64,000 nucleotides of DNA from Verrucomicrobiota bacterium (GTDB lineage: Bacteria > Verrucomicrobiota > Verrucomicrobiia > Opitutales > Opitutaceae), in contig JACTNC010000058.1 in NCBI GenBank assembly GCA_014584295.1, forward strand, positions 148,669 through 212,668, written 5' to 3'. Every line of letters starts with the position of its first letter. Within the stretch, counting starts at the first letter, position 1. A program made the position numbers and the translations under genes. The notes beneath the pieces were generated by a model, which worked only from the letters and a program-made list of their open reading frames with translations, searched no databases and was not told where the DNA came from. This document shows positions 63,803-64,000 of this stretch, in pieces.

Positions 63803-64000
63803 GGCCCGGCGAGGTGGCGGGAAGCCCCTTACCCATGATCGGATCCGAAACGGTCGAACCTAAGCGCTATCCTTGCACGCTTTCCGCTAAAGAAAGCCTC
63901 CCCGCGCGCCGAAACGATGGATTGGGCAATTCCGCCCAACCGACCCGATGCATTTCCCGTCCGGATGAGCACGCATTCTCCCATCACCCGCGCTCCTTCA

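Overview
High-G+C bacterial chromosomal window (spot-checked 60-nt lines are about 57% G+C, against about 38-50% in the 10-16 kb island). I saw no rRNA, tRNA or CRISPR.

Layout:
- 1-7.4 kb: housekeeping genes (valS, glnD, a secreted M20 amidohydrolase).
- 7.5-16.2 kb: minus-strand surface-polysaccharide cluster. Its distal part (about 10-16.2 kb) is visibly AT-richer and encodes a Wzx flippase, a TagD-like glycerol-3-phosphate cytidylyltransferase, a large poorly assignable protein, a methyltransferase and glycosyltransferases.
- 16.2-52.2 kb: about 36 kb flagellar supercluster, all on the minus strand. Transcription order is flgBC-fliEFGHIJ-(YlxF-like)-fliK-flgDE-fliLMN-orf-fliOPQR-[repeat/TA island]-flhBA-flhF-orf-fliA-motAB-orf-flgFG-flgA-flgHI-flgJ-like-flgN-like-flgKL-fliW-csrA-fliC. 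FlgH and FlgI (L and P rings) indicate a diderm. The gene order resembles the Firmicute/spirochaete fla-che operon.
- 52.4-63.8 kb: chemosensory and signalling genes (cheR, cheB, PAS kinase, REC-HD-GYP, cheD, second PAS kinase-REC; convergent cheA-HDOD).

A Verrucomicrobia/Opitutales-like origin is only a guess.

Most notable signals, all read directly from the DNA:
1. Five sigma54-type promoters (TGGCAC-N5-yyGCw) sit 16-19 nt upstream of the ATGs of flgB, fliO, flhB, flhF and flgF. This implies near-leaderless transcripts.
2. Each of these promoters has a conserved palindrome CGGCA-N5-TGCCG centred about 82-83 or about 115-117 bp upstream of the -24 GG. This is a candidate enhancer for an unidentified sigma54 activator.
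3. A REP/REPIN-like repeat family built from a 24-nt unit (GGAGGGGCACGCTTCGTCGTGCCC) occurs 12 times, only in gaps of the flagellar cluster. One 114-bp doublet lies exactly in frame at the 5' end of flgI.
4. A VapBC-type toxin-antitoxin cassette, bracketed by about 260-bp direct repeats, splits fliR from flhB.
5. Two paralogous kinases have intact ATP-binding boxes but Gln in place of the phospho-acceptor His. Each lies directly downstream of receptor-modification genes (cheR-cheB and cheD).
6. FlhF has degenerate GTPase motifs, there is no flhG, and a small membrane ORF sits in the flhG position.

Many starts in the ORF track are non-ATG codons (TTG/GTG). I re-set starts where a conserved N-terminus and an ATG or GTG were visible.
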